This document shows, in pieces, positions 1-8,663 of a DNA stretch of 64,000 bases; the stretch's first letter is position 1; each line of letters begins with the position of its first letter. Position numbers and translations under genes: made by a program. Source of the stretch: Patescibacteria group bacterium (GTDB taxonomy: Bacteria > Patescibacteriota > Minisyncoccia > Phycocordibacterales > UBA9973); NCBI GenBank assembly GCA_038061755.1, contig JBBTYN010000002.1:15312-79311 (forward strand). The letters run 5' to 3'. A model generated the notes under the pieces. That model saw nothing but the letters and a program-made list of their open reading frames with translations, was not told where the DNA came from and searched no databases.

Positions 1-824
1 ATGATATTTTAGAAGCAGAATCTGTGCGTGACATAGAATCCTATCATAAAAATGTTTGGAAAGAAGGAGTTAAAAAAACCCCCTCTAACTCCCCCTTATC
101 AGGTGGAGAAAATAAAGAGGGGGTGGATCGTTTGCCATATATCGTTATTATTATAGACGAGCTAGCAGACATAATGAGTACTTATCCTAGAGAACTCGAA
201 GCCGCAATCGTGCGCTTGGCGCAAATGTCTAGAGCAGTAGGCATACATTTAATACTCTCTACGCAACGCCCTGAGGTAAATATCATTACTGGTTTAATTA
301 AAGCAAACATTCCTGCCCGAGTGGCACTTAAAGTATCTTCACAAATAGATTCACGTACAATACTGGACGCTGGAGGAGCAGAGAAACTTTTAGGCGCTGG
401 TGATATGTTGTATTCTTCAGGTGACGCTCAACCAGAAAGACTGCAAAGCGCATTTATTTCCGAAAATGAAGTTAAAAAAGTTGTAAAATATCTAGCTGAT
501 GCATATAGAGATGAGGTCTCTGAAGAAATAACCCTTACTCCGGGGTCTGTATTAAACGATAAAAGTATTTTTGAAAGCTCTCTAGAAGATATAAATTCTA
601 ATGACGATGACGAAATGTATGAAGAAGCTCGTATTTGTGTAATGGAAGCTGGAAAAGCTTCAACTTCTTATCTTCAAAGAAAATTAAAGTTAGGATATGC
701 GCGAGCGGCACGACTAATGGATAAATTGGAAGAACGCGGAGTCATCGGCCCCGGAGATGGCGCAAAACCCAGAGAAGTATTGGAAAAAATAGAACGTACA
801 GAAAATGGAGAAAATATAATTTAA
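1..824 (+). CDS. ftsK: DNA translocase FtsK/SpoIIIE, C-terminal part (open to window start)
   Basis: Frame is open from nt 1. Walker B-like LPYIVIIIDELAD, STQRP motif, C-terminal winged-helix gamma domain (YLQRKLKLGYARAARLMDKLEERGVI). Confidence 0.8.
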   Translation, partial: DILEAESVRDIESYHKNVWKEGVKKTPSNSPLSGGENKEGVDRLPYIVIIIDELADIMSTYPRELEAAIVRLAQMSRAVGIHLILSTQRPEVNIITGLIKANIPARVALKVSSQIDSRTILDAGGAEKLLGAGDMLYSSGDAQPERLQSAFISENEVKKVVKYLADAYRDEVSEEITLTPGSVLNDKSIFESSLEDINSNDDDEMYEEARICVMEAGKASTSYLQRKLKLGYARAARLMDKLEERGVIGPGDGAKPREVLEKIERTENGENII

Positions 825-851
825 AAAAGGCAAGACCTAACATGTTAGGTC

Positions 852-1220
852 TTGCCTTTAATAAAAATGAACCAGAATACTAAAAAAATAATTAAAATAG
901 GAGGCTTCTCTGTTTTTTTTATTTTTATTATTATTTATGCAATTTTTGGGTCTAAAGATTTAATCTTTGGGGTAAAAATTAAAAATGTAAATCTAGTGGA
1001 TGGTGCTACGGTAACAGACAATATAATAAAACTGACTGGTAATGCAAAAAATGCAATAAATTTAACATTAGACGGACGGAAAATTTCAGTAGATGAGCAA
1101 GGCAACTTTAGTGAAATAATTGCGCTTCTTTCAGGATATAATATAATCAATATCAAAGCAGAAGATAAATTTGGCTATGTTGATGAAAAAAATTATAAAA
1201 TAATGTATCTACAAAAATAA
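852..1220 (+). CDS. hypothetical small membrane-anchored protein
   Basis: 122-aa ORF with N-terminal hydrophobic segment (FSVFFIFIIIYAIF). No recognisable motif. Confidence 0.35.
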   Translation: MPLIKMNQNTKKIIKIGGFSVFFIFIIIYAIFGSKDLIFGVKIKNVNLVDGATVTDNIIKLTGNAKNAINLTLDGRKISVDEQGNFSEIIALLSGYNIINIKAEDKFGYVDEKNYKIMYLQK

Positions 1221-1233
1221 TTTTTCTTTTTGA

Positions 1234-1272
1234 AAGGTCCTCGGTTCTCTGGGTCCCTATCCCAGCCAGACC
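1234..1272 (+). promoter_or_regulatory. Conserved 36-38 nt element (copy 1) 40 nt upstream of recA; contains hairpin CTGGG-TCCCTAT-CCCAG
   Basis: AGGTCCTCGGTTCTCTGGGTCCCTATCCCAGCCAGAC matches reverse complement of 34129..34166 exactly. Same orientation relative to downstream gene in both copies. Confidence 0.5.
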
Positions 1273-1311
1273 ATTTCAAAAAGTAAAATTATTTAAGTAG
1301 ATTAAAAAAGT

Positions 1312-2382
1312 ATGATAAAGAAAAAAGAGAAAAAAGAAGACAAGACTGTGGGTGGAGATGCTTCTGTGTTAAATGATACATTAAAAGCCATTCAAACAAA
1401 ATTTGGAGAAGGTTCAATAATGAAATTTGGTAATGCGCCAAAAGTGGACATCAATGTCATACCGACTGGTTCTATTGGACTTGATATGGCGCTCGGTGTT
1501 GGAGGAATACCACGTGGAAGAATTATTGAAATTTTTGGTCCAGAATCTTCAGGTAAAACCACACTATCCCTCCATATCGTCGCTGAAGCGCAAAAAAAAG
1601 GAGGAATTTGCGCCTACATAGATGCTGAACACGCAATGGATCCAGATTATACAAAAAAACTGGGAGTAAATATAAATGACTTGCTGATTTCTCAACCAGA
1701 CAATGGCGAGCAAGCGCTAGAGATCGTAGAGAGTTTGGTGCGAACGGGAAAAATTGATGTCATTGTAGTAGACTCCGTCGCCGCACTTACTCCTAAAGAT
1801 GAAATAGAAGGTGATATGGGAGCATATCATGTCGGCAAGCAAGCACGCTTGATGTCGCAAGCCCTTCGTAAATTAACAGCCATTGTTGCCCGATCAAAGA
1901 CCGTGGTTATTTTTATAAATCAAATCCGAATGCAAATCGGAGTAATGTTTGGCAACCCAGAAACTACTCCAGGAGGAAAAGCGTTAAAATTTTATACTTC
2001 AGTTCGGCTTGATATTCGAAAAATCGCTCAAATAAAAAAGGGAGAAGAAGTTGTGGGTTCACGTACTCGCGTCAAAGTCGTTAAAAATAAAGTAGCCGCG
2101 CCATTCAAGCAAACGGAATTTGATATTATTTATAACGAAGGTATTTCCAAAGAAGGAGAAATAATGGCTTTAGGAGAGAAATTTAAAATTATAGAAAAAA
2201 GCGGAAATTCATATTTTTACTTACCCGCCATAGCTTCAGCGAAGGCAGGTGTGACAGAGAGTTCGGAGAAAGTAAAATTAGGCGTAGGTTACGATGCTAC
2301 TCGTAAATTCTTAAAAGAGGAAAAGAAAATTTCTGAACAAATCTTAAAAGAAATTAAAAAAAAGTTTGCCGAAGAAGCTTAA
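1312..2382 (+). CDS. recA: Recombinase RecA
   Basis: [36 protein letters not shown] Walker A/RecA signature; full-length 356 aa. Confidence 0.93.
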   Translation: MIKKKEKKEDKTVGGDASVLNDTLKAIQTKFGEGSIMKFGNAPKVDINVIPTGSIGLDMALGVGGIPRGRIIEIFGPESSGKTTLSLHIVAEAQKKGGICAYIDAEHAMDPDYTKKLGVNINDLLISQPDNGEQALEIVESLVRTGKIDVIVVDSVAALTPKDEIEGDMGAYHVGKQARLMSQALRKLTAIVARSKTVVIFINQIRMQIGVMFGNPETTPGGKALKFYTSVRLDIRKIAQIKKGEEVVGSRTRVKVVKNKVAAPFKQTEFDIIYNEGISKEGEIMALGEKFKIIEKSGNSYFYLPAIASAKAGVTESSEKVKLGVGYDATRKFLKEEKKISEQILKEIKKKFAEEA

Positions 2383-2957
2383 ACTCGTTCGACATATTCT
2401 CCCGTTTCGGTATTTATTCGAATTATATCTCCTTCTCCTATAAACATTGGAGCATTCAAGGTTGCGCCATTTTCTAGAGTGATAATTTTATTGCCTCCTT
2501 TTGAGGTGTCTCCTCTAACAGCAGGCGGAGCTTCTTTTACAAAGAATTCCATTTTTATTGGCAAGATGACCTTAATAATCGTTTCTTCGTCGTCATTATC
2601 CCAAATTACAGCAGTCACATTTCCATTTTGTTTTAAAAATTTTCCCACAGTCCCGACCAATGCTTCACTGAGTTTGAATCTATTACTTTTGTCTTGTGGG
2701 TCGCAAAACCAATACTCACCTTTATTTTGATATAAAAATGTAATATCACGCTTTATAATATCTGCCTCATAAGCAGATTTAGAAACATGAAAAGTGGCAG
2801 GGAAAACTTTTCCTGATATTAAACTTCGTAATTTAACCTGATTTTGCGGTTTTCGCTGTTGAGTGCGAGCAACATGAGACTCTACTACTTCACACGGTTC
2901 ATCATCGTGAATGATTATTTTCTTTTCGCGAATTTCACTATATTGAAGCTGAGGCAT
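2379..2957 (-). CDS. efp: Translation elongation factor P
   Basis: 192 aa, EF-P KOW/OB architecture, conserved loop region ...[12 protein letters not shown]..., C-terminal [17 protein letters not shown]. Confidence 0.8.
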   Translation of the reverse strand: MPQLQYSEIREKKIIIHDDEPCEVVESHVARTQQRKPQNQVKLRSLISGKVFPATFHVSKSAYEADIIKRDITFLYQNKGEYWFCDPQDKSNRFKLSEALVGTVGKFLKQNGNVTAVIWDNDDEETIIKVILPIKMEFFVKEAPPAVRGDTSKGGNKIITLENGATLNAPMFIGEGDIIRINTETGEYVERV

Positions 2958-2961
2958 AACC

Positions 2962-3162
2962 TTATTTAACTACAAATGGGAGCAAGCCCATAAATCTAGC
3001 GTGTTTTATGGCAGAAGTTAAGGCGCGTTGATTTTTAGAAATCACACCGGTACGCTTGTGGCTCATTATTTTACCATTAGGATTTAAAAATTTCTTTAGA
3101 ATTTCAATATCCTTGTAATCTATGTATTTTATATTGTTTGCTGAAAAATAATCTTGTTTCAT
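2962..3162 (-). CDS. rpsR: 30S ribosomal protein S18
   Basis: 66 aa; YIDYKDIEILKKFLNPNGKI...RALTSAIKHARFMGLLPF typical S18. Confidence 0.85.
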   Translation of the reverse strand: MKQDYFSANNIKYIDYKDIEILKKFLNPNGKIMSHKRTGVISKNQRALTSAIKHARFMGLLPFVVK

Positions 3163-3173
3163 ATTGTTTTGTT

Positions 3174-3216
3174 CCCAAAGCCTTGCTTAGGGGAATCCCC
3201 TAAGCAAGGCTTTGGG
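3174..3216 (-). promoter_or_regulatory. Perfect 20-bp stem / 3-nt loop hairpin between ssb and rpsR (no U-tract)
   Basis: CCCAAAGCCTTGCTTAGGGG-AAT-CCCCTAAGCAAGGCTTTGGG; lies 10 nt after ssb stop and 11 nt before rpsR ATG on minus strand. Confidence 0.6.
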
Positions 3217-3226
3217 GTCTAATAAT

Positions 3227-3682
3227 TTAAAACGGAATATCTTCTGGGTTAATATCTTCTTCAGGATATTCTATGGAATCACTTTCGGCTCCTTCACTAG
3301 CTGGAGCTTTAGAGCCGGCGCTAGTCGTTCCGGCTGTACTCCCACTCTGACCTCCTTTAGGACCAAACTGCGTACGATCAGCAACTATTTCCGTACGATA
3401 TTTTTTCTCCCCGCTTGTTTTATCATCCCAACTTCTCGTTTGCATTCTACCTTCAACCAATATAGAACTACCTTTTTTCATATATTGCGCAACTGTTTCT
3501 GCTTGGCGTCCAAAAACTACTATATTATGATAATCAGCGGATTCTTGACGAACGCCATTTTTATCTTTCCAAACACGATTGGTGGCAATAGAAAATGTGC
3601 AAACTTTTATACCTGAAGGGAGAGAGCGAAGTTCTGGGTCGCGTGTAAGATTTCCTATTAAAATTGCTTTATTTAAATACAT
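3227..3682 (-). CDS. ssb: Single-stranded DNA-binding protein
   Basis: OB-fold N-terminus (ILIGNLTRDPELR), Gly/Ser-rich linker, acidic C-terminal tail ending DIPF. Confidence 0.88.
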   Translation of the reverse strand: MYLNKAILIGNLTRDPELRSLPSGIKVCTFSIATNRVWKDKNGVRQESADYHNIVVFGRQAETVAQYMKKGSSILVEGRMQTRSWDDKTSGEKKYRTEIVADRTQFGPKGGQSGSTAGTTSAGSKAPASEGAESDSIEYPEEDINPEDIPF

Positions 3683-3693
3683 ATATTTTTTAA

Positions 3694-4188
3694 TTAAACT
3701 GCTAGCATTGCATCTATTTCTTTATCAATCTCTTCTTTGTTTATAGGAACAGACATTTCATCATTTTTACTCTTTTCTGTCTTTATTTTTCTGTGCGCAA
3801 ACTCTCCACGCACAAATCTTTTTACATTAATAGTATTTTCCTTAACTGTTTTTAATATTAAAAATCGAACAATATTAGGATCAAGATTAAGCTTCTTTTT
3901 TAATTTCAAAATTTTATCAGAATCCATTGTGAATTTAATCCAACCAAAATACGCTGTTTTAAATTTATTACGTATATTAGAGATAACTTTAACCATAGGG
4001 TAAGCAAGTGATAACATTCTTGGCATTTCATCAGAAATAACAATACCATCTAGTGACAAAACAAGCTCTTTTAAATTGCCAAAAGTAGCTGGTACTTCTT
4101 CTTCTAAAAGTGTAGGAACTAAAAGATAAGCAAGTTCATAAACTCTGGAATTCACTTCCTCTGATATTTCATTTTCTACTTCTTGCAT
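3694..4188 (-). CDS. rpsF: 30S ribosomal protein S6 with C-terminal extension
   Basis: Conserved rpsF-ssb-rpsR order; LAYPMVK and AYFGWIKF...IVRFLILKT align with S6 core. Confidence 0.6.
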   Translation of the reverse strand: MQEVENEISEEVNSRVYELAYLLVPTLLEEEVPATFGNLKELVLSLDGIVISDEMPRMLSLAYPMVKVISNIRNKFKTAYFGWIKFTMDSDKILKLKKKLNLDPNIVRFLILKTVKENTINVKRFVRGEFAHRKIKTEKSKNDEMSVPINKEEIDKEIDAMLAV

Positions 4189-4211
4189 TTTTTTATACTA
4201 CCAAAAACTTT

Positions 4212-5048
4212 TTAAAAAGTAAAGACTCTCTTGGCATTTGCAAAAATAGTTTTCGCGACTTCCGCCTCTGGCAAATTTTTAATTTCAGCAATTTTCTTAA
4301 CAATTTCTTTTACATAAACAGGTTCATTGCGCTTGCCACGATATGGCACAGGAGCTACGTATGGGGAATCAGTCTCCGACATAATCATATCAAGTGGTAT
4401 ATTCCTAATAACTTCATCATAATCATGCGTAAAAGTAATGACTCCAGTAAAAGATAGAGTAAAACCAAAATCCAAAAATGCTTTGGCGTCTTCCCAAGTT
4501 CCAGCAAAAAAATGAACATTGCCTTTTACTCCAGTAAATTCTTTTAAGATTTCTAAAACATCTTGATATGCATTCAAGCTAGAATCTTTTGGATTATTTC
4601 TAATATGCAACATAAGTGGCTTTTTAGTTTCTTGCGCTAAAGAAACATGTTCTCTAAAAGTTTTTTTCTGTTTTTCTATTGTATCTGTATTACAATGAAA
4701 ATAATCTAAACCACACTCTCCTATGGCTACTACTTTTGGATCTTTTAAAAGTTCCCTATAAGCATCTTTATCAAATTCTTCAACCCTTGTCATAAAACCT
4801 TCACCACCGATTTCTTTATCATCATGATAAGACTCTTCAAGATGAATCGGATGCAGACCAACAATGGCAAAAACTCCTTCCTTATATTTATTAGCAATTT
4901 CCACTGCTCTTTTTGACGTACTAAACTGACTTCCAACATTTATTATCCAAGTGTTATTATCAAAGGCACGCTTAATAACCTTGTCTCTGTCATCATCAAA
5001 AGCCTTGAAATTCAAATGTGAATGTATGTCTATGTATTTAGGTTGCAT
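4212..5048 (-). CDS. tatD: TatD-family metal-dependent hydrolase (DNase)
   Basis: IDIHSHL N-terminal motif, GECGLDY, TatD fold; start taken at MQPKYIDIHSH. Confidence 0.8.
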   Translation of the reverse strand: MQPKYIDIHSHLNFKAFDDDRDKVIKRAFDNNTWIINVGSQFSTSKRAVEIANKYKEGVFAIVGLHPIHLEESYHDDKEIGGEGFMTRVEEFDKDAYRELLKDPKVVAIGECGLDYFHCNTDTIEKQKKTFREHVSLAQETKKPLMLHIRNNPKDSSLNAYQDVLEILKEFTGVKGNVHFFAGTWEDAKAFLDFGFTLSFTGVITFTHDYDEVIRNIPLDMIMSETDSPYVAPVPYRGKRNEPVYVKEIVKKIAEIKNLPEAEVAKTIFANAKRVFTF

Positions 5049-5050
5049 AA

Positions 5051-6475
5051 TTATTCTTTCCTTAAAAACAATGGTTTTTCTGGTTTTTTGTGTCCATTTA
5101 AACAAGAAAGAATTTTTTCTGATGTGTCAGGCATTACGGGCATTAACATCCACGCAATAAACGCTAATTGTTGGAATAAATTAGAGACAATTTTAATGGC
5201 TTCTTCTGGATTAGTTTTAAAAATTTTATATGGTTCTTTTTCTTGAATTGTCCTATCTAACTCTTGAATTTTAAACCAAATTTTATCCATATATTTTTTT
5301 ATATCAAAAACATCCAATTCTTCAGCATGAGGAAACGAACCAGCCACTACTGTCCGCACCGCATAATTTTCCACCATGGTTAATATCCGTGAAGCTAAAT
5401 TCCCTAATCCATTTGCAAGTCCAGAATTATAAGCTTCTTTAAATCTTTCCATGGTAAACGGACTATCTTCAAAAGAAGAAATCTCTCGCAAAAGAAAATA
5501 ACGCAAAGCATCCGTGCCGTATTCTTTTACAATTTCATCTGGATTAATTACATTCCCAAGGGATTTAGACATTTTTATTCCGCCTTCACCGGTAATAAAA
5601 CCATGATAAATAATGGTATCGGTGGTAGGTAATCCTGCAGACATCAGCATCCCTTGCCACATGACTGATTGAAATTTAACCATATCTTTGCCGGCGGTCT
5701 GGACAGTTTTTCCGTCAACCCAAAATTTTTCAAAAATTCCTTTACTGTCAGGCCACCCTAAGGTGGAAATATAATTTATGAAAGCGCCGAACCAAACATA
5801 CATCACTTGCGTGTCGTCTCCTAGTATCGGGATACCCCAAGAAAAACGTTTCTTGTTGCGAGAAACTGAAAAATCCTCCATGCCGTCTTGCACAAAATCA
5901 ATTGCCTCTTTTCGGCGCCATTCGGGAATTATTACTTGATCTCCAGCCAGATATTCTAAAAGCTGTTTTTTATAATTACTCAATCGGAAAAAATAGTTTT
6001 CTTCTTCAACCATTTCCGGTGTTTTGTTTGGGTGCAGCGAACACTTTCCGTCCATTAGGTCTTTCTCGGTAATAAATTTCTCGCAACCGACGCAATACAG
6101 ACCTCTGTATATTTTTTTATAAATATCTCCTTTGGCATCACAAAGACGCCAAAATTCTTGGGATGCTTTTAAGTGTTGCGAACTAGTAGTTCTAATAAAA
6201 TTATCCAAGGAAAGGTTTAAAACCTCTTTCAACTCCAAAAATTTTTGCGCATAAAAATCAACATATTCCTGCACATTTTTCCCTTCTTTTTGGCTAGCTT
6301 CCCAAATCTTTTGACCATATTCATCAGTGCCAGTGCTAAAAAAAACATCCTTCCCTAAGAGGCGTTGGTATCGAGCCAGAACATCCGACTGTACGAGTTC
6401 AAGGGCAAAACCAATATGTGGGTCTGCGTTTACATAGGGGATCGTTGTCGTAATATAGAAACTTTTTTTACTCAT
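5051..6475 (-). CDS. metG: Methionyl-tRNA synthetase (short form, no C-terminal tRNA-binding domain)
   Basis: PYVNADPHIGFA (HIGH), KMSKSLGNVI, Zn-knuckle CVGCEKF...C. Confidence 0.92.
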   Translation of the reverse strand: MSKKSFYITTTIPYVNADPHIGFALELVQSDVLARYQRLLGKDVFFSTGTDEYGQKIWEASQKEGKNVQEYVDFYAQKFLELKEVLNLSLDNFIRTTSSQHLKASQEFWRLCDAKGDIYKKIYRGLYCVGCEKFITEKDLMDGKCSLHPNKTPEMVEEENYFFRLSNYKKQLLEYLAGDQVIIPEWRRKEAIDFVQDGMEDFSVSRNKKRFSWGIPILGDDTQVMYVWFGAFINYISTLGWPDSKGIFEKFWVDGKTVQTAGKDMVKFQSVMWQGMLMSAGLPTTDTIIYHGFITGEGGIKMSKSLGNVINPDEIVKEYGTDALRYFLLREISSFEDSPFTMERFKEAYNSGLANGLGNLASRILTMVENYAVRTVVAGSFPHAEELDVFDIKKYMDKIWFKIQELDRTIQEKEPYKIFKTNPEEAIKIVSNLFQQLAFIAWMLMPVMPDTSEKILSCLNGHKKPEKPLFLRKE

Positions 6476-7544
6476 TTTTCGTTTTAGCTAAAATTTTATC
6501 TTTTTCAATATCACTTAAAAATTCCATTAAAATCACCGCTAAAGGAATAGCAAGAATCGCTCCCCAAATTCCACCTAATTCAAAACCAACAACAACAGCT
6601 AAAATAATAACAATTGGCGAAAGTCCAACAATTTTCTTTATAATTAGAGGAGTAAAAAGAAACACATCAAATTCATGAACAATAATATAAGCCATAGTTA
6701 CCATAAAGGCGCTACCAAATCCATTGGAAATATAAGAAAAAGCAAAAGTTGGAATAAGAGCAACAAGAATACCATAAGGAACCATTTCAAAGATACCTGT
6801 GATGATAGCTAAAAGTAATGCGTATTCTATGCCCAAAAGAGAAAGTATTAAATAAATAAGAACTCCAACAACAAAACCTAAAAGCATTTGCCCTTTTACC
6901 CAAAGACCTATTTTTCGGCTTGAGCGCGTCCACAAGTCTACTATATAATCATCGTATTTAGCAGGAACAATAATGTAAAGAAAATTCTCTATTCCTCTTT
7001 CTTGTATTGAAAAATAAAAAGAAATAAGAATAATTAATACAAAATTAAAAATACTTCCGAAAGCCACTGAAAGAATTTGTATAAATCCGCCAGAAAGATT
7101 AAGCACGAAAGCTTTCGATACAGATAGAAGCGTAACAAGTGAAAAATTTCCTGAAAGAGATCCAACTATATCTTTAGCGCCAGAAAATGCTTCATTTTGG
7201 AAAAAATTAAAAAAAGAAACATTTGGAATATATGTTGAAAGAAAAGTAGAAAAATTATAAATTTCTGTTATCAAAAGTGGAGCAAAAAGATAAAACATTC
7301 CACCTAAAAAAAGAAGTGCTATAACATAAAAAACAACAATCCCAAAAATTCTATTCTTAATTCCTATTTTTTTAAAATGTGGAACAGCTGAATCAATAAA
7401 AGAAGCGATTACAATTGCCGTTAAAACTACTAAAACTAAATCCATTAAGAAATACAATAAAAATATAAAAATTGGCACCAGAAAAAATTTCACTATGGTG
7501 CTGGTGGATATAGAGATATGATTAAAATCACTTTTTTCTGGCAT
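6468..7544 (-). CDS. AI-2E family (PerM/UPF0118) transporter
   Basis: 358 aa polytopic membrane protein with AI-2E-like topology and conserved C-terminal GLSP...GxxGxxLAIPL region. Confidence 0.55.
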   Translation of the reverse strand: MPEKSDFNHISISTSTIVKFFLVPIFIFLLYFLMDLVLVVLTAIVIASFIDSAVPHFKKIGIKNRIFGIVVFYVIALLFLGGMFYLFAPLLITEIYNFSTFLSTYIPNVSFFNFFQNEAFSGAKDIVGSLSGNFSLVTLLSVSKAFVLNLSGGFIQILSVAFGSIFNFVLIILISFYFSIQERGIENFLYIIVPAKYDDYIVDLWTRSSRKIGLWVKGQMLLGFVVGVLIYLILSLLGIEYALLLAIITGIFEMVPYGILVALIPTFAFSYISNGFGSAFMVTMAYIIVHEFDVFLFTPLIIKKIVGLSPIVIILAVVVGFELGGIWGAILAIPLAVILMEFLSDIEKDKILAKTKNE

Positions 7545-7574
7545 AAAAATATAATAGCATAAAACTGTCTTGAT

Positions 7575-7627
7575 AAAAAATAAAAAGAAAGGGCCGAAGG
7601 AAAAGCGTCGGCTCTTCCTTCGGCCCT
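7575..7627 (-). terminator. Rho-independent terminator after 7626..8078 gene
   Basis: GC-rich hairpin AGGGCCGAAGGAA...TTCCTTCGGCCCT followed on minus strand by TTTCTTTTTATTT. Confidence 0.7.
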
Positions 7628-8078
7628 AAAAGACCTTGATTTTTACTTTCGGCAAATGTGCGAACTGTTCTTTTTTCGCCTTTGCCCGTTTTTTTAGGGT
7701 TACTACATACACTTCATCGAACCCTAATTCAAACGCTTTTAACAGGTCGTCGCCGTTTATCGGGCAAAGCACTGATCCCGCATACAAAATCGGCGAAACG
7801 ACGACAACTCCTTTCCCGACAAATTTGTCTTGGAGTTTTTTCTCTTCATGTTCCAAGACATCCCTCATAATCATCCTCTCCTCCCATGTTTTTGTGACCC
7901 TGCGATTAAGTTCATCGTATTTTACGACATACCCAGCTTTTTCTAGGGCGGCACTGATCTTTGTTCCGCCTCCACAGATTACAACAACATAGTTGTCTTT
8001 TGCTTTTTTAACAACAAAATCAAAGAACTTTTGGCTGTCGGTTATATCGCCGGAGCCTTTGACTAAAATATTTTTCAT
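7626..8078 (-). CDS. small amino-acid-kinase-fold-like protein (PyrH/IPK-like motifs), function unknown
   Basis: ILVKGSGD ... VVVICGGGTKIS pattern resembles the AAK family, but the protein is only 150 aa. Good SD (AAAGGAGGG) upstream. Confidence 0.3.
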   Translation of the reverse strand: MKNILVKGSGDITDSQKFFDFVVKKAKDNYVVVICGGGTKISAALEKAGYVVKYDELNRRVTKTWEERMIMRDVLEHEEKKLQDKFVGKGVVVVSPILYAGSVLCPINGDDLLKAFELGFDEVYVVTLKKRAKAKKEQFAHLPKVKIKVF

Positions 8079-8190
8079 CTAGAACCCTCCTTTTTAGTTG
8101 TAGTTTAGGAACATTTTTTTTAAATCTACTCTTTCCTCCAAGATAGTCAACTATAGAAAATTATTTAAAGTATAAATAATTTTTAAAAAA

Positions 8191-8415
8191 CTATGCAAAT
8201 GCCGGTAAACCAATAAGTTTTTTGCCTATCATAATTTTACCAAAATTTTTCTTGCCAAATCTTTCACTCGCGCCTATGATTTCAAGATAAAGTGGATTGC
8301 CCTTTTTGTCCAAGTCCAAAAAAATCAGAGGGGAAAGTTCCACAGTTTTATTAACTCCTCCTGTTTTAAACTCTATATTTAAAGCATCTGCTTCTTTATC
8401 GTAACTTATTTTCAT
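8191..8415 (-). CDS. DUF2283-family protein (putative antitoxin/immunity partner of DUF4258)
   Basis: MKISYDKEADALNIEF...LIFLDLDKKGNPLYLEIIGAS matches DUF2283 signature. Confidence 0.6.
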   Translation of the reverse strand: MKISYDKEADALNIEFKTGGVNKTVELSPLIFLDLDKKGNPLYLEIIGASERFGKKNFGKIMIGKKLIGLPAFA

Positions 8416-8425
8416 ATTATGTATA

Positions 8426-8662
8426 TTATAACTTATCTATAGTTTTTGCAACCCAATGCATAGTCAAAACTATAATATATTCTTTTTTCCTTTTTATAAT
8501 AACCATTAAATAATTTTTATTAAATTTCCTATATAATTCTTCCCTAAAATTATAAGTTGACCTGACTAAATTAGGATTTTTAATTGTTTCAAGTACAAAC
8601 TGCTTGTTTATTTTTCTCTGTTCAAGTTTTATTGATGCATGTTTAGTAAAAATTATTAACAT
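8426..8662 (-). CDS. DUF4258-family protein (putative toxin, RNase-like)
   Basis: FTKHASIKLEQRKI...ETIKNP matches DUF4258 N-terminal signature; directly precedes DUF2283 gene. Confidence 0.6.
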   Translation of the reverse strand: MLIIFTKHASIKLEQRKINKQFVLETIKNPNLVRSTYNFREELYRKFNKNYLMVIIKRKKEYIIVLTMHWVAKTIDKL

Positions 8663-8663
8663 A

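Noticed and set aside
3212-3616. 134-aa plus ORF antisense to ssb; similar antisense ORFs at 935..1156, 2479..2730, 3737..4003, 12916..13299, 22875..23568, 37884..38183
   Set aside because: All lie inside confidently identified genes on the other strand and have no motifs. They are typical AT-rich-genome shadow ORFs.
7626-8078. Calling this gene pyrH (uridylate kinase)
   Set aside because: The GSG/GGG motifs resemble the amino-acid-kinase fold, but the protein is about 90 aa too short for PyrH. It is left as a hypothetical AAK-fold-like protein.
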